Shown piece by piece: positions 47,266 through 57,199 of a DNA stretch of 64,000 bases. A program made the position numbers and the translations under genes. The stretch is from the NCBI GenBank assembly GCA_963836075.1, contig CAWIIB010000001.1:1824001-1888000 (forward strand). Reading direction: 5' to 3'. Below the pieces are notes generated by a model, which was not told the origin of the DNA, made no database searches, and saw only the letters and a program-made list of their open reading frames with translations. Source of the DNA: an uncultured Acidobacteriota bacterium. Its GTDB lineage: Bacteria > Acidobacteriota > JAQAZP01. Position 1 is the first letter of the stretch, and every line of letters begins with the position of its first letter.

Positions 47266-50200
47266 CTAAGGTTGTGTAACAGGTTTATCCCGGCGTTCGT
47301 TTCCGCTCTCACCGGTGTCAGTGGTGGCCTGTGAAAAATCGAGCGACTGCAGCCGGGCCAGCATGGTGCTGAAGGAAACGGTCTTGCCAGGTTCGGCATT
47401 GACCACGTCGATGCGGAAGGGCAGCCGGCCCTTGAGAAAGAGTTCCCGGTCGCCGCGCTGTTCGGTGCCGCGGAGATAGAACATATCCTTTTCCAGCCGC
47501 ATCTTCACCCCCAGTTGCTCGTAGGTGTAGCGGTCGAGCAGGGAGTGAATTCCACGGTCGAAGATGGTGATTCGGCCGCCGGTGCCGACGATGGCGATGT
47601 TGTTGATCGCCTTCACGTTTATGGTCTGCGGAACGCCCTTCCGGGGCACGGTCCGCATCTCCGCCCGGAACCCCACCGGCGTGCCGGCAAAAAGACGGCA
47701 CTCGATGACCGATCCCTCGAGAATGCCGGTGACCTCGCCGAAATCGAAGGTCCGGGTGAGCCGGGCCAGGTCGATATTGCTGAAATCGGCGGAGAAGGAG
47801 AGACGTGGATAGCGGGAGAGCACCTCCTCGCCGGAGATGTCGCTGATCTTCACCGTTCCGCCGAACAGGGACATCTCGCCGCCGCCGTCCACCCGCAGCC
47901 TGGTTGGCGAGAGGACAACCCGCGGGAGGCTCCCCTCCAGTTCACCTTCGAAAGGCGGCCAGTCCATGGCCCGGCTCAGCTCACCCAGCTGCAGCCCCGC
48001 GAGGGTGATCCCCGCTTCCAGCCGCCGGTCCGCGCCCCCCAGCCCGGCCAGGGTCATCCGGTGAAACATAACCGTGCCGCCGAGCAGCGAGATGCTCTGC
48101 GGCTCTTCGAGACTAACCGTATCGCCCTGCACCACCAGGCCGGAATCAGTCCGCTGGAAGGTGAAGGTTTCCAACCTCAGTTCGTCGAAGCCCATCCGTC
48201 CCCGCCGGGCAGGGCCGTCCACTGACCTCGTCCCGTCCTCGGCCGGCGGTCCCCAGACCAGGTCCAGCGGCAGATCGAGATCCAGCCCCCGCACCGCCAT
48301 GGTCCGTTCCGCCCCGGTAAGGTCCAACCCGGCCAGGTGCACCAGGCCATGGAGGGTGGCGCCCTCCCCGGCAACCTGTCCCTCGGCAAAGGCGTTGATG
48401 ATACCGCCGACATCCAGGCGCTCCAGCAGTGGCAGCGAGTCGCCCAAGGGCTGACGGGCGCAGCGATCGAAAGCCGCCGCCAGGTCTTCCACCACCAGGG
48501 CAGCGGAGAACCGGCGGTCCGGGCCCTCGGCGCCGGAGAGCGATGCCCGGAGCCGGAGACCGGGAACCGGTTGCAGTCCGCCCTCGGCCCACCAGCGGCC
48601 GGCACTCCCCTCCTCCTCTTCCAGGCCCGCAGCCAGACGGATCTGCGGTTCAAGATCCTCGAAGTCACCATAGACCGAACCCCAGAGCAGCTGGAAGCCG
48701 CCGGCGCTGGTGGTGGCCTCCCCGCGAAGGGATCCGTCCGCCCCGGCCTGCGCCGTGACCTGCCAGGTTGAGGCCAGGCCCTGGACCGCCCGGGCGCCGT
48801 CCTCCGAAGCGAACCAGGCATCGCCGATGTCGATGGTACCGGCGGCCGACCAGCCGGTGATGTCTGAATATGCCGCATCGCCCCCGCCACTCACCGCAGC
48901 CTGCAGTTCGTACCCCGGCAGCAGTTCCCCGGTGAGGGGCAGCAGTGCCTGGCGGATGGCCGGCAGGTCGGCTTGGTCCAGACTGAGGGTGGCGGTGACC
49001 TGCGGGTCATGGTCCGGGTTCCACCGGCCCTGGCCGCTGATCCGCACCAGGTCACCCAGTGTCGCCCCCTGGATCTCGAACCGGCCCTGCCATGTTGCCG
49101 GGTCGATCCTGCCCGAGCCGGAAAGGGACAGCGGCCGCGGGTCCAGCGGCCCCGTTTTGAGAGTTCCATTGAGACTCAGGCCGGGAACGCCCAGGCCGTC
49201 CTGCTCGCGGAAGCGGAAATCCACGGCCAGCGTCCCCTCGCTCAACTCCAGCGGACAGCCCGGCTGACCCTTCGATTCCAGGCAGAATGCCACCTCGTCC
49301 AGCTCCAGCCTGCCGCTCACCAGCGGCTGGTCCAGGGGCCCGCGGACATCCCCGGCGGCTCGCGGTGAACCGTCGAGGGCATATCGTTTCGAGATATGGA
49401 GGCCAAATCCCACGGCCAGCCGGCGCAATGCGGGGATGGCCGGCCCGGACCAGTTCCAGGAGGCGTCCAGCAGGTTGTCCGAGCCGCCCCCGAAGAGGAG
49501 TGAACCATCGGCCCGCAGTGTGCCGGCGGCTGCCGACACGACCCGGGCCCCGCCCGCGGTGCGCCAGTGGCCAGAGGCCTCGTCCCGTTCCACCCTCCCC
49601 TCGTAAGTCAGTTCCAACGGACAGAGGCTGTCCAGCTGCCGCGGTTCGCCGGGGCCCTTCACCTCGCCGCCCAGGGGCAGCGTCAGGGCCTCGGCCAGGG
49701 CGTCGATCCGGCAGAGCGGCCTCCCCTCAGCGGTCCGTTCGAGGATAAGTTCGGCCCGGCCCCGGCCGGCAACCCCTTCCCGCACCAGGCCCAGGGCGAA
49801 GAGGAACTGGATCGGGTCGGCGGTATCCACGATGACCCGGTCGAACCAGAAGTCGTCGCCGTCGGCGGTCACCCCTCCTTCCATCTCCAGGGTGGCCAGG
49901 TCGGGAGACTCGGCGTTGACGATGAAACGCCACCCATCCCCCGGTCCCTCCACCAGCCGCACGGTCCCGGCCGGGAACGGCAGCGGATCACGCCCCGGTT
50001 CGCGGAAGGGAACCACACCTCCGGCCCGAACCTCGACCAGCGCTGCCGCATCACCGCGGCCGAAACCGAGATCGATTTCCACATTCGCCACCGGCTGGCC
50101 CAGGTCGAGGGGCGTGCCATCGATGAAATCGGCCGCCTCATCCGATCCGGCGAGAATGGAGAGCAGCGGGACCAGCGGCAGCTGCCCTGAGCGCAACCGC

Positions 50201-50694
50201 ACTCCCCCCCCGAGGCCCGTGCCCAGGCCGGTGATCTCCCCGGCCACTTCAAACCGGCTCTCCCCGCCCCCGCCCCTGACGAAGAGGTCTGCATCGGAGA
50301 TCACCAGCCGCCCCACCTCCACACCGGCCGTCTCCTCCTTTTCCGGAGGCCGTTCCGCGCTCTCCCGCACCGTGGCGGTGACGCCCTCCAGGACGATCTC
50401 CTCGAAGCGGTTCCCCAGAATCGAGCCCGGGCTGCCGGTGACGGTGAGCCGGTCCACGCGGAGCGTCTCGAGCCACGGGTAGGCACGCATCCGGCGCACG
50501 CCGAAGCCGTGGAGGACAAAGATCCGCCGGCTCAGGATCTCCAACCGGTCCAGCTCCACCTCGGCATCCAGCGCCCGGGCCAGCGCGGACTGGACCTGCC
50601 GTCGCGGCCAGTCCCGGGCCAGCCAGACGGTGAGGGCCGCCCCCAACACCAGGGCCAGGAGAATCCAGAGCAGGATGTGGTACCGCTTCTTCAT
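47266..50694 (-). CDS. YdbH-like (AsmA-like) intermembrane lipid-bridge protein
   Basis: N-terminal TM anchor; long Gly-rich beta-repeat body; C-terminal DLARLTRTFDFGEVTG...YEQLGV; directly upstream of the DUF1318 lipoprotein. Confidence 0.65.
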   Translation of the reverse strand: MKKRYHILLWILLALVLGAALTVWLARDWPRRQVQSALARALDAEVELDRLEILSRRIFVLHGFGVRRMRAYPWLETLRVDRLTVTGSPGSILGNRFEEIVLEGVTATVRESAERPPEKEETAGVEVGRLVISDADLFVRGGGGESRFEVAGEITGLGTGLGGGVRLRSGQLPLVPLLSILAGSDEAADFIDGTPLDLGQPVANVEIDLGFGRGDAAALVEVRAGGVVPFREPGRDPLPFPAGTVRLVEGPGDGWRFIVNAESPDLATLEMEGGVTADGDDFWFDRVIVDTADPIQFLFALGLVREGVAGRGRAELILERTAEGRPLCRIDALAEALTLPLGGEVKGPGEPRQLDSLCPLELTYEGRVERDEASGHWRTAGGARVVSAAAGTLRADGSLLFGGGSDNLLDASWNWSGPAIPALRRLAVGFGLHISKRYALDGSPRAAGDVRGPLDQPLVSGRLELDEVAFCLESKGQPGCPLELSEGTLAVDFRFREQDGLGVPGLSLNGTLKTGPLDPRPLSLSGSGRIDPATWQGRFEIQGATLGDLVRISGQGRWNPDHDPQVTATLSLDQADLPAIRQALLPLTGELLPGYELQAAVSGGGDAAYSDITGWSAAGTIDIGDAWFASEDGARAVQGLASTWQVTAQAGADGSLRGEATTSAGGFQLLWGSVYGDFEDLEPQIRLAAGLEEEEGSAGRWWAEGGLQPVPGLRLRASLSGAEGPDRRFSAALVVEDLAAAFDRCARQPLGDSLPLLERLDVGGIINAFAEGQVAGEGATLHGLVHLAGLDLTGAERTMAVRGLDLDLPLDLVWGPPAEDGTRSVDGPARRGRMGFDELRLETFTFQRTDSGLVVQGDTVSLEEPQSISLLGGTVMFHRMTLAGLGGADRRLEAGITLAGLQLGELSRAMDWPPFEGELEGSLPRVVLSPTRLRVDGGGEMSLFGGTVKISDISGEEVLSRYPRLSFSADFSNIDLARLTRTFDFGEVTGILEGSVIECRLFAGTPVGFRAEMRTVPRKGVPQTINVKAINNIAIVGTGGRITIFDRGIHSLLDRYTYEQLGVKMRLEKDMFYLRGTEQRGDRELFLKGRLPFRIDVVNAEPGKTVSFSTMLARLQSLDFSQATTDTGESGNERRDKPVTQP

Positions 50695-50778
50695 CGAACG
50701 CTTCCGAGAAGTGGCAGGCGTGAATGCAACAGTATGAGGAGGTGCACTCTTATGATTATCAGGCCCCCTTTGTTGCAA

Positions 50779-51450
50779 CTAGTCCTGGTTCCCGGCCGAG
50801 GGGCAGATGTCGGCGAGGACACACTCACCGCACTTCGGTTTACGCGAGGGGCAGACGGCGCGGCCATGGTCGATGAGCAGGTGGCTGAGCAGGGTCCAGT
50901 CCTTGCGGGGGAAAAGCGGCATCAGGTCCTGTTCGATCTTGTCCGGGCTGCTCTGGCTGCTGAACCCCAGGCGGCCGCTGAGCCGTTTTACGTGGGTGTC
51001 CACCACCACGCCGATGTTCCGGCCAAAGGCGTTGCCCAGCACCACGTTGGCGGTCTTCCTCGCCACTCCCCGGAGGGCGGTCAGCTCTTCCATGGTCCGG
51101 GGCACCTGGCCGCCGTGCTGCTCGACGATGGCCCGGCTGCAGGCGATCAGCGATGCGGCCTTGTTGCGGTAGAAACCAGTGGGGCGAATCAGTCCCTCCA
51201 GTTTCTCCCTGTCGGCCCGGGCCATGGCTTCCGCGTCGGGGTAGGCGGCGAAAAGGGCCGGGGTCACCTTGTTCACCATCACGTCGGTGCACTGGGCGGA
51301 GAGAATGGTGGCGGCCAGCAGGCGGAAGGGGCTGTCGTGCACCAGGCCGCAGGCCGAATCGGGGTAGGCCTTTTTCAGCCGCCGCAGGGCCAGACGGGCG
51401 CGCTGGTCCGCCGGGGAACCGCTGCGGGTCTTCACTTTTCGTGTGGCCAT
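50779..51450 (-). CDS. nth: Endonuclease III
   Basis: LLAATILSAQCTD, GVARKTANVVL, VDTHVKR and a C-x6-C-x2-C-x5-C Fe-S motif. Confidence 0.95.
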   Translation of the reverse strand: MATRKVKTRSGSPADQRARLALRRLKKAYPDSACGLVHDSPFRLLAATILSAQCTDVMVNKVTPALFAAYPDAEAMARADREKLEGLIRPTGFYRNKAASLIACSRAIVEQHGGQVPRTMEELTALRGVARKTANVVLGNAFGRNIGVVVDTHVKRLSGRLGFSSQSSPDKIEQDLMPLFPRKDWTLLSHLLIDHGRAVCPSRKPKCGECVLADICPSAGNQD

Positions 51451-51452
51451 GC

Positions 51453-52247
51453 TCACCCGAGGATCGAATAGCCGCCGTCCACGATGATGGTCTGACCCAC
51501 GATCTGGTCGGTACAGCGGTTGCAGAGAAAGAGGATCACGTCGGCCACGTCGTCGGGGGTGGTGAGCCGGCCCGAGGGGGTCCGCTCCCTGGCAGAGCCG
51601 ATCAGCTCGTCCCGATTGGGGAAGTGCTTCAGGGCATCGGTGTCCACCACCCCGGCGGAGACGCAATTGACCCGCACGCCCCGCGGGGCCAGCTCCACCG
51701 CCAGGTGGCGGACCAGCGACTCCAGTGCGGCCTTGGAGGCACCCACCGCGGTGTAGTTGGGCAGGGCGCGGATGGCGCCCAGGGAGGAGACGGCGATGAT
51801 GTGGCCCCGGCGGCCCTCCATCAGCGGCACGGCGTGGCGGGCCAGGGGGATCATGGTCCCGGCGTTGATGTCCATGGTCCAGTGCCAGTGGCGCTCGGTG
51901 AGTTCCAGGGCCGGCTTGAGCACCCCGGAGGCGGCATTGGAGACGAGGATGTCCAGCTGGCCGAACTCCTCCTTGATCTGCCGGAACATCTCGGCCACCG
52001 CGTCCTCGTTGGCCACGTTGGCCTTGACGATCAGGGCTTTCATCCCCGCCGCCCGGACTTCCTCGGCCACCTCCTCGGCGGCCTTTCGCTGGCGGAAGTA
52101 GTTGACCACGATGTGGCAATTGGCCTTGGCCAGCCGGACGGCAATTGCGCGGCCGATGCCCCGGCTGCCGCCGGTGATCAGGGCCACCCGGCCGTGCTGG
52201 TGCAGCCCGCACCCTCCGCTTTCGCAATCCCTGGAAACTGTTTTCAC
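51453..52247 (-). CDS. fabL: SDR oxidoreductase, FabL-like enoyl-ACP reductase
   Basis: TGGSRGIG, NAASGVLKP, NYTAVGASKAALE and VDTDAL; GTG start at 52247. Confidence 0.8.
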   Translation of the reverse strand: MKTVSRDCESGGCGLHQHGRVALITGGSRGIGRAIAVRLAKANCHIVVNYFRQRKAAEEVAEEVRAAGMKALIVKANVANEDAVAEMFRQIKEEFGQLDILVSNAASGVLKPALELTERHWHWTMDINAGTMIPLARHAVPLMEGRRGHIIAVSSLGAIRALPNYTAVGASKAALESLVRHLAVELAPRGVRVNCVSAGVVDTDALKHFPNRDELIGSARERTPSGRLTTPDDVADVILFLCNRCTDQIVGQTIIVDGGYSILG

Positions 52248-52403
52248 CTGGCACCCCCTTAAGGTCACCCGGACCGATGCCGCCGCCATCCGCCCGAAAT
52301 CCTGTTCTGCACAATCGATAGATATGGACCAACACTCCTATTGTATCCAATTTACCACAGGATACCAGTCCGCCGGGGCGCAGAAACCGGGGCCGTTATT
52401 CTC

Positions 52404-52464
52404 TTGACAGTGGGGGTGCCCCGCAGTATTCTTAGCCGGCTAAAATAATGTTCGGTTGGTCTAA
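52404..52464 (+). promoter_or_regulatory. feoAB promoter with putative DtxR-family operator(s)
   Basis: TTGACA-N17-TATTCT; palindrome TTAGCCGGCTAA (52432-52443) and TTCGGTTGGTCTAA (52451-52464). Confidence 0.6.
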
Positions 52465-52529
52465 ACCAGCGGAATGAACCGGCCGAACAGAAGAGTGGGC
52501 CGGAAGTTGCCACCAACGAAGGAGCCGGG

Positions 52530-52820
52530 ATGAAAGGGCGTCGTCAAAAGCACCAGCGCGGCGGCTGCAGGAAGGGGCTGAAAGGCCCCTCTATCCCGCT
52601 CGATACGATCCGGGTTTCCCAGGAGGCGGTGATCACCTCTTTCGACGCCCTCAACGGTGAGGCCGCACGGCTTCGCGACCTTGGGATTCGGGAGGGAAGC
52701 CGGGTGCGCATCATCCTCAGCAGCCCGAACCAGATGATCGTGGCCGTCGACCAGGCGCGTGTGGGGCTGCCCAAGAAAGTGGCCAGCCTGGTTCTGGTGC
52801 GCCAGGTCGCCCCGGCCTGA
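52530..52820 (+). CDS. feoA: Ferrous iron transport protein A
   Basis: RLRDLGIREGSRVRI motif; directly upstream of feoB. Confidence 0.85.
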   Translation: MKGRRQKHQRGGCRKGLKGPSIPLDTIRVSQEAVITSFDALNGEAARLRDLGIREGSRVRIILSSPNQMIVAVDQARVGLPKKVASLVLVRQVAPA

Positions 52821-52864
52821 TCCCCTGCCCGCCTTTTTGACCCGTTTCACCACGAAACAGGAAC

Positions 52865-55150
52865 ATGTTCGACAGACCCAGCCGGCCCAGGGATGAGCAG
52901 ACCAGCACGGGCGGGATTCCGCCCGGAAACGATACGGCTCACACCGGGGACACCGTTCTGGTGGCCATCGCCGGCAACCCCAACGTGGGCAAGACCACGG
53001 TCTTCAACCAGCTCACCGGTCTGCGGCAGAAGGTGGGCAACTACCCCGGCATCACCGTCGAACGCAAGACCGGCTATCTCACCGCCGCCGATGGACGGCG
53101 GATCGAGGTGGTGGACGTTCCCGGCACTTACAATCTGCACCCCAAGGCGCTGGATGAGGAAGTGGCCTACCGCGTGCTCATCGGCGCCATCGAGGGGGGC
53201 CGCGCCCCTGACCTGGCGGTCTGCGTGGTGGACGCGGCCAACCTGGAGCGGAACCTCTACCTCGTCTGTCAGATTCTCGATCTCGGCCTGCCCACCGTGG
53301 TGGCGCTGAACATGATGGATGCGGCGGAAAACGCCGGGATGAAGATCGATGTTGACCGGTTGAGCCGCGATCTGCAGGTACCGGTAATCCCCATGGTGGC
53401 CTCCAAAGGGGTCGGGATTGCCCAGCTGAAAGACGCGGTGACCGGAACGCCTCCCCCCTGCCCGCCGCGGCGGTGGCACCTCGAGCCACAGGTGCAGCAG
53501 GAGGTGGACGCCCTGAGTGACCGCCTGGGCCGCGAGCTGACCGAGCTGACCGAGGCCCAGCGCTTTGTGGACGCGCTCCGGGCGGTGGCCCACGAAGGAG
53601 CGGCTTTCTTCGAAACGCACCATGACCAGGCCTTCTGGGATGAGGTGAAGCAGGCCCGCCAACGCCTGGAAGACGCGGGAGTGGCCTACGAGCAGGCCGG
53701 GATCAGCGGCCGCTACGCCTGGATCTCACCGCTGGTGAACAAGGTGGTCCGCCACCGCCAGGCCCCGCAGCTCACTGCCAGTGACCGGGTGGACGCGGTG
53801 ATCACCCACCGCGTGGCCGGGCCGCTGATCTTCATGCTGCTGCTGATGCTGATCTTCCAGTCGGTGTTCACCGCGGCCGTGCCGCTGATGGACGGCATCG
53901 ATTTCGGGGTCAGCGCGCTCAGCGAGTGGCTGGAGCAGGTGCTCCCCGGCGGCATGCTGACCAGCCTGCTGGTGGACGGGGTGGTGGCCGGGTTCGGGGC
54001 GGTGGTGATCTTCCTGCCCCAGATCCTGATCCTCTTCTTCTTCCTCGGACTGATGGAGGACAGCGGCTACATGGCCCGGGCCGCCTTCATCATGGACCGG
54101 TTGATGAAGCGCTTCGGGATGAGCGGCCGCTCGGTGGTGCCCCTGGTCAGTTCGTTCGCCTGCGCCGTTCCGGGGATCATGGCCACCCGGAACATCGAGA
54201 ACCACCGCGACCGGCTGGTAACCATCCTGGTGGCGCCGCTGCTCACCTGCTCGGCCCGGCTGCCAGTCTACACCCTGCTCATCGGCGCCTTCGTCCCCCA
54301 GGCCTACTTCCTCGGTGTCTTCGGCTACCAGGGCACGGTGCTGCTGGGCCTCTACCTGATGGGCATCCTTTTCGCCGTGCTGGCCGGCGCCATCCTGCGC
54401 CGCTTCGTGATCCGGGGCAAACAATCGCCGTTCATCATCGAGCTGCCGCCCTACCGGGCACCCCGCCTCCGCGACGTCCTCTACCAGATGGTGGAACGGG
54501 CCTGGCTCTTTGTCACCCGCGCCGGGGCGATCATCATCTCCATCAGCATCGTCCTCTGGTTCCTGGCCAGCTTCCCCGACGCGGGCAGCAAGCCGGGGCT
54601 GGAAGCGGCGCGGGACGAACTTCTGGCAGCCCACCAGGCATCCATCGCCACAGCCGCCAGCCCCGGAGCGGAGACGGAACTGGCCGCGGCACTGTCGGCG
54701 CTGGACGGGGAGCAGGCCCGCTACCGGGTGGCCCACAGCTACATCGGCCGCATGGGGCGGCTCATCGAACCGCTGATCGCCCCGCTGGGTTTCGACTGGA
54801 AGATCGGCGTGGCCCTGATCTCCAGTTTCGCCGCCCGGGAGGTGGCGGTGAGCGCCCTGGGCACCATCTACAGCATCCAGGACGCGGACGAGGGCAGCGA
54901 GAGCCTGCGTGAAAGGATCCGCAACGACGTCAACCCGCGCACCGGCAAGCCGGTCTTCACCCCACTGGTGGCCTACAGCCTGATGGTTTTCTACGTGCTG
55001 GCCTGCCTCTGCATGAGCACCCTGGCCATCGTCAAGCGGGAGACCAACAGCTGGCGCTGGCCGCTGTTCATGCTCGGCTACATGACCGTGCTGGCCTATG
55101 TCGCCTCGCTGATCACCTACCAGGGCGGCCGGCTGCTGGGATGGGGCTGA
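52865..55150 (+). CDS. feoB: Ferrous iron transport protein B
   Basis: GNPNVGKT, GNYPGITVE, DVPG, NMMD, EDSGYMARAAF and CSARLP. Confidence 0.97.
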   Translation: MFDRPSRPRDEQTSTGGIPPGNDTAHTGDTVLVAIAGNPNVGKTTVFNQLTGLRQKVGNYPGITVERKTGYLTAADGRRIEVVDVPGTYNLHPKALDEEVAYRVLIGAIEGGRAPDLAVCVVDAANLERNLYLVCQILDLGLPTVVALNMMDAAENAGMKIDVDRLSRDLQVPVIPMVASKGVGIAQLKDAVTGTPPPCPPRRWHLEPQVQQEVDALSDRLGRELTELTEAQRFVDALRAVAHEGAAFFETHHDQAFWDEVKQARQRLEDAGVAYEQAGISGRYAWISPLVNKVVRHRQAPQLTASDRVDAVITHRVAGPLIFMLLLMLIFQSVFTAAVPLMDGIDFGVSALSEWLEQVLPGGMLTSLLVDGVVAGFGAVVIFLPQILILFFFLGLMEDSGYMARAAFIMDRLMKRFGMSGRSVVPLVSSFACAVPGIMATRNIENHRDRLVTILVAPLLTCSARLPVYTLLIGAFVPQAYFLGVFGYQGTVLLGLYLMGILFAVLAGAILRRFVIRGKQSPFIIELPPYRAPRLRDVLYQMVERAWLFVTRAGAIIISISIVLWFLASFPDAGSKPGLEAARDELLAAHQASIATAASPGAETELAAALSALDGEQARYRVAHSYIGRMGRLIEPLIAPLGFDWKIGVALISSFAAREVAVSALGTIYSIQDADEGSESLRERIRNDVNPRTGKPVFTPLVAYSLMVFYVLACLCMSTLAIVKRETNSWRWPLFMLGYMTVLAYVASLITYQGGRLLGWG

Positions 55151-55371
55151 TGATGAAGATGGACCTGCAGTTTATCGCTGTCCTGGGGATCGTGATCCTG
55201 GCTGCCGTCTACGCCGGCTGGCGCTTCCTGCGGCAGTTCTTCCGGGCCGACGACGAGGCGGCGGCCTGCGCCAGATGCCCGGCCGCCAAGCCTGATTTCT
55301 TCAGCGCTACGGACGGTGAAGCAGCAGCACCGTCGAGTGACGGGCCACCGTCAGACGAGCCCCGGGGCTGA
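55150..55371 (+). CDS. FeoB-associated Cys-containing small membrane protein
   Basis: TGATG coupling to feoB; TM helix followed by CARCP. Confidence 0.7.
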   Translation: MMKMDLQFIAVLGIVILAAVYAGWRFLRQFFRADDEAAACARCPAAKPDFFSATDGEAAAPSSDGPPSDEPRG

Positions 55372-56323
55372 ACCCGGCGTCCCCGAGCCAGCCCAGCACC
55401 TCTTCCTCACTGTACGACCGGCCCTCTTCGGTGCCCACCAGCATGTTGATACTGAACACCGCCGGCCAGAGCGGCCCGGTGCGGTCCCGCTCCACAAAGA
55501 AGTCCTTGAGGATCAGACGGCCTCCCGGCTCCAGCGACCTGAAGATCCGGCCGAACAGGTTCCGGTTGGCCTCCGGCCCCAGGGAGTGGATGATGTTGGA
55601 GAGCAGCGCCAGCTGGTTGCCTGCCGGCAGCTCATCCCGCAGGTAGTCGCCCCCCACGGCGCTGACCCGCTCTCCCAGACCGCGGGCAGCGACCTGTTCC
55701 TCGGCGATGGGCACCACCTCGGGCAGGTCGAAGACCACCGCACGGAGCTCCGGATTGTGCTCGGCGAACTGCAGGGCGTAGGTGCCCGGACCGCCGCCCA
55801 CGTCGAGCAGAGTCATCGGGCCCCGGGGGTCGAGGGCCCGCACCAGTTCCCGGGCACCCTGGGCACCGATGTTGGCCATACCGAGGATGAAGTCCCGCCG
55901 CGCCCCTTCGTCCTCCCGGGCGCCGGGCGCCTCCTTCCGCGGCACCGGCTTGCCGCTGGTCACCACTTCGGTGAGTTTGGACCAGCGGTCCCACAACCGC
56001 TCGTGGTGCCCGAGAATGTCTCCCACATAGTGTGCCCCCCCGGGAACCAGGTAGTCCTCCCGGCCGGTGGCAACCCGGTAGCGCCCGTCCTCCTTGGCCA
56101 GGAAACCCATGGCGCAGAGAGCGTCCAGCAGCATGGCGCAGGCCCGCGGGTCGGCCCCCGCCGCTTCGGCCACCTCACCGGCCTCCACCGGCCCCCGGTG
56201 GCCGAGAATGCCGAAAAGGCCCAGACGGATCGCGGTGAGCAGGATCCTCGACTGCATATACTGAGACCCGACGGTGGTGATCGCTTCGATATCGAGACGT
56301 GCTTTGTGACTGGTCATCTCCAT
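55307..56323 (-). CDS. SAM-dependent O-methyltransferase (Methyltransf_2 with dimerisation domain)
   Basis: LLDVGGGPG, VFDLP, GGDY, SNIIH and LEPGGRL. Start at 56323 or 56317. Confidence 0.88.
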   Translation of the reverse strand: MEMTSHKARLDIEAITTVGSQYMQSRILLTAIRLGLFGILGHRGPVEAGEVAEAAGADPRACAMLLDALCAMGFLAKEDGRYRVATGREDYLVPGGAHYVGDILGHHERLWDRWSKLTEVVTSGKPVPRKEAPGAREDEGARRDFILGMANIGAQGARELVRALDPRGPMTLLDVGGGPGTYALQFAEHNPELRAVVFDLPEVVPIAEEQVAARGLGERVSAVGGDYLRDELPAGNQLALLSNIIHSLGPEANRNLFGRIFRSLEPGGRLILKDFFVERDRTGPLWPAVFSINMLVGTEEGRSYSEEEVLGWLGDAGFSPGARLTVARHSTVLLLHRP

Positions 56324-56409
56324 CCCCCATCCAGCTGTCCGTTGTTCCCGGTGCGAAGGTTGAGAGGACCTGCTCCGCATCCCAAAGGCAATGCCGCGGC
56401 CTTTCGTTC

Positions 56410-56454
56410 TTGACAAATCGCGTGATGGACGTATATTTCTTAGGCAAGCCGTAA
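56410..56454 (+). promoter_or_regulatory. Promoter of the DtxR-family gene with putative auto-operator
   Basis: TTGACA-N16-TATATT followed by TTAGGCAAGCCGTAA. Confidence 0.55.
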
Positions 56455-56484
56455 ATTGTTGGGGACATTTGACAGAGGATTGCC

Positions 56485-56997
56485 ATGGCCCGGGAGGAAT
56501 CACTGAGCGCCAGCCTCGAGGACTACCTGGAGGCGATCTACCTCATCATCGCCGAGAAGAAGGTGGCCCGGTCCAAGGACATCACCCGCAAGCTGGGGGT
56601 CAGTGGGTCCTCGGTCACCGGGGCGCTCCGGGCCCTGGGTGAACGCGGCCTGATCAACTACGCCCCCTACGACGTGATCACCCTCACCGACCACGGTGAA
56701 GATCTGGCCCGCAACATCGTCCTGCGCCACGACACGCTGAAGAACTTCTTCCACAAGGTGCTGTTCATCGACGAGGCCGAAGCGGAACGCTCGGCCTGCG
56801 AGATGGAGCACTCCCTCTCCCGCCCCATCCTGCATCGCATGGTTTCCTTCATCGAGTTCATGGAGAACTGCCCGATGGCCGGTGTGGAGTGGGCCGAAGG
56901 CGTCGGTTTCCGCTGCTCCCACGGCGAGAATATCGAAAACTGCCAGCGCTGCCGTGACGAGTGGAAAACAGGGCGAAAGCGGGCGAGTCGCCCGTAG
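56485..56997 (+). CDS. DtxR/MntR family metal-dependent transcriptional regulator
   Basis: LEDYLEAIY, SVT, LT..G, RH and ACEMEH; Cys-rich tail. Confidence 0.93.
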   Translation: MAREESLSASLEDYLEAIYLIIAEKKVARSKDITRKLGVSGSSVTGALRALGERGLINYAPYDVITLTDHGEDLARNIVLRHDTLKNFFHKVLFIDEAEAERSACEMEHSLSRPILHRMVSFIEFMENCPMAGVEWAEGVGFRCSHGENIENCQRCRDEWKTGRKRASRP

Positions 56998-57199
56998 TTT
57001 CAAGTCCTGACCAGAGCCGCCTGACCCTGTCCTCATTACCGCCGGCATGGCGAATCCTGTCCGGAATTTTTTAACCGAAAAATTCCATTGACAGCATATA
57101 ATATCGACAGTTAATATAGACTATAAGCTGGTGGTCTATCTCACTAGCGAAGTTGCGCCTGGTGCGTCTTCGTTACATCGTCACGGGAATGTTCGAACA

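Noticed and set aside
50779-52350. 523-aa ORF as a long Nth fusion
   Set aside because: The N-terminal extension is an alternative frame over the FabL-like gene. Nth starts at ATG 51450.
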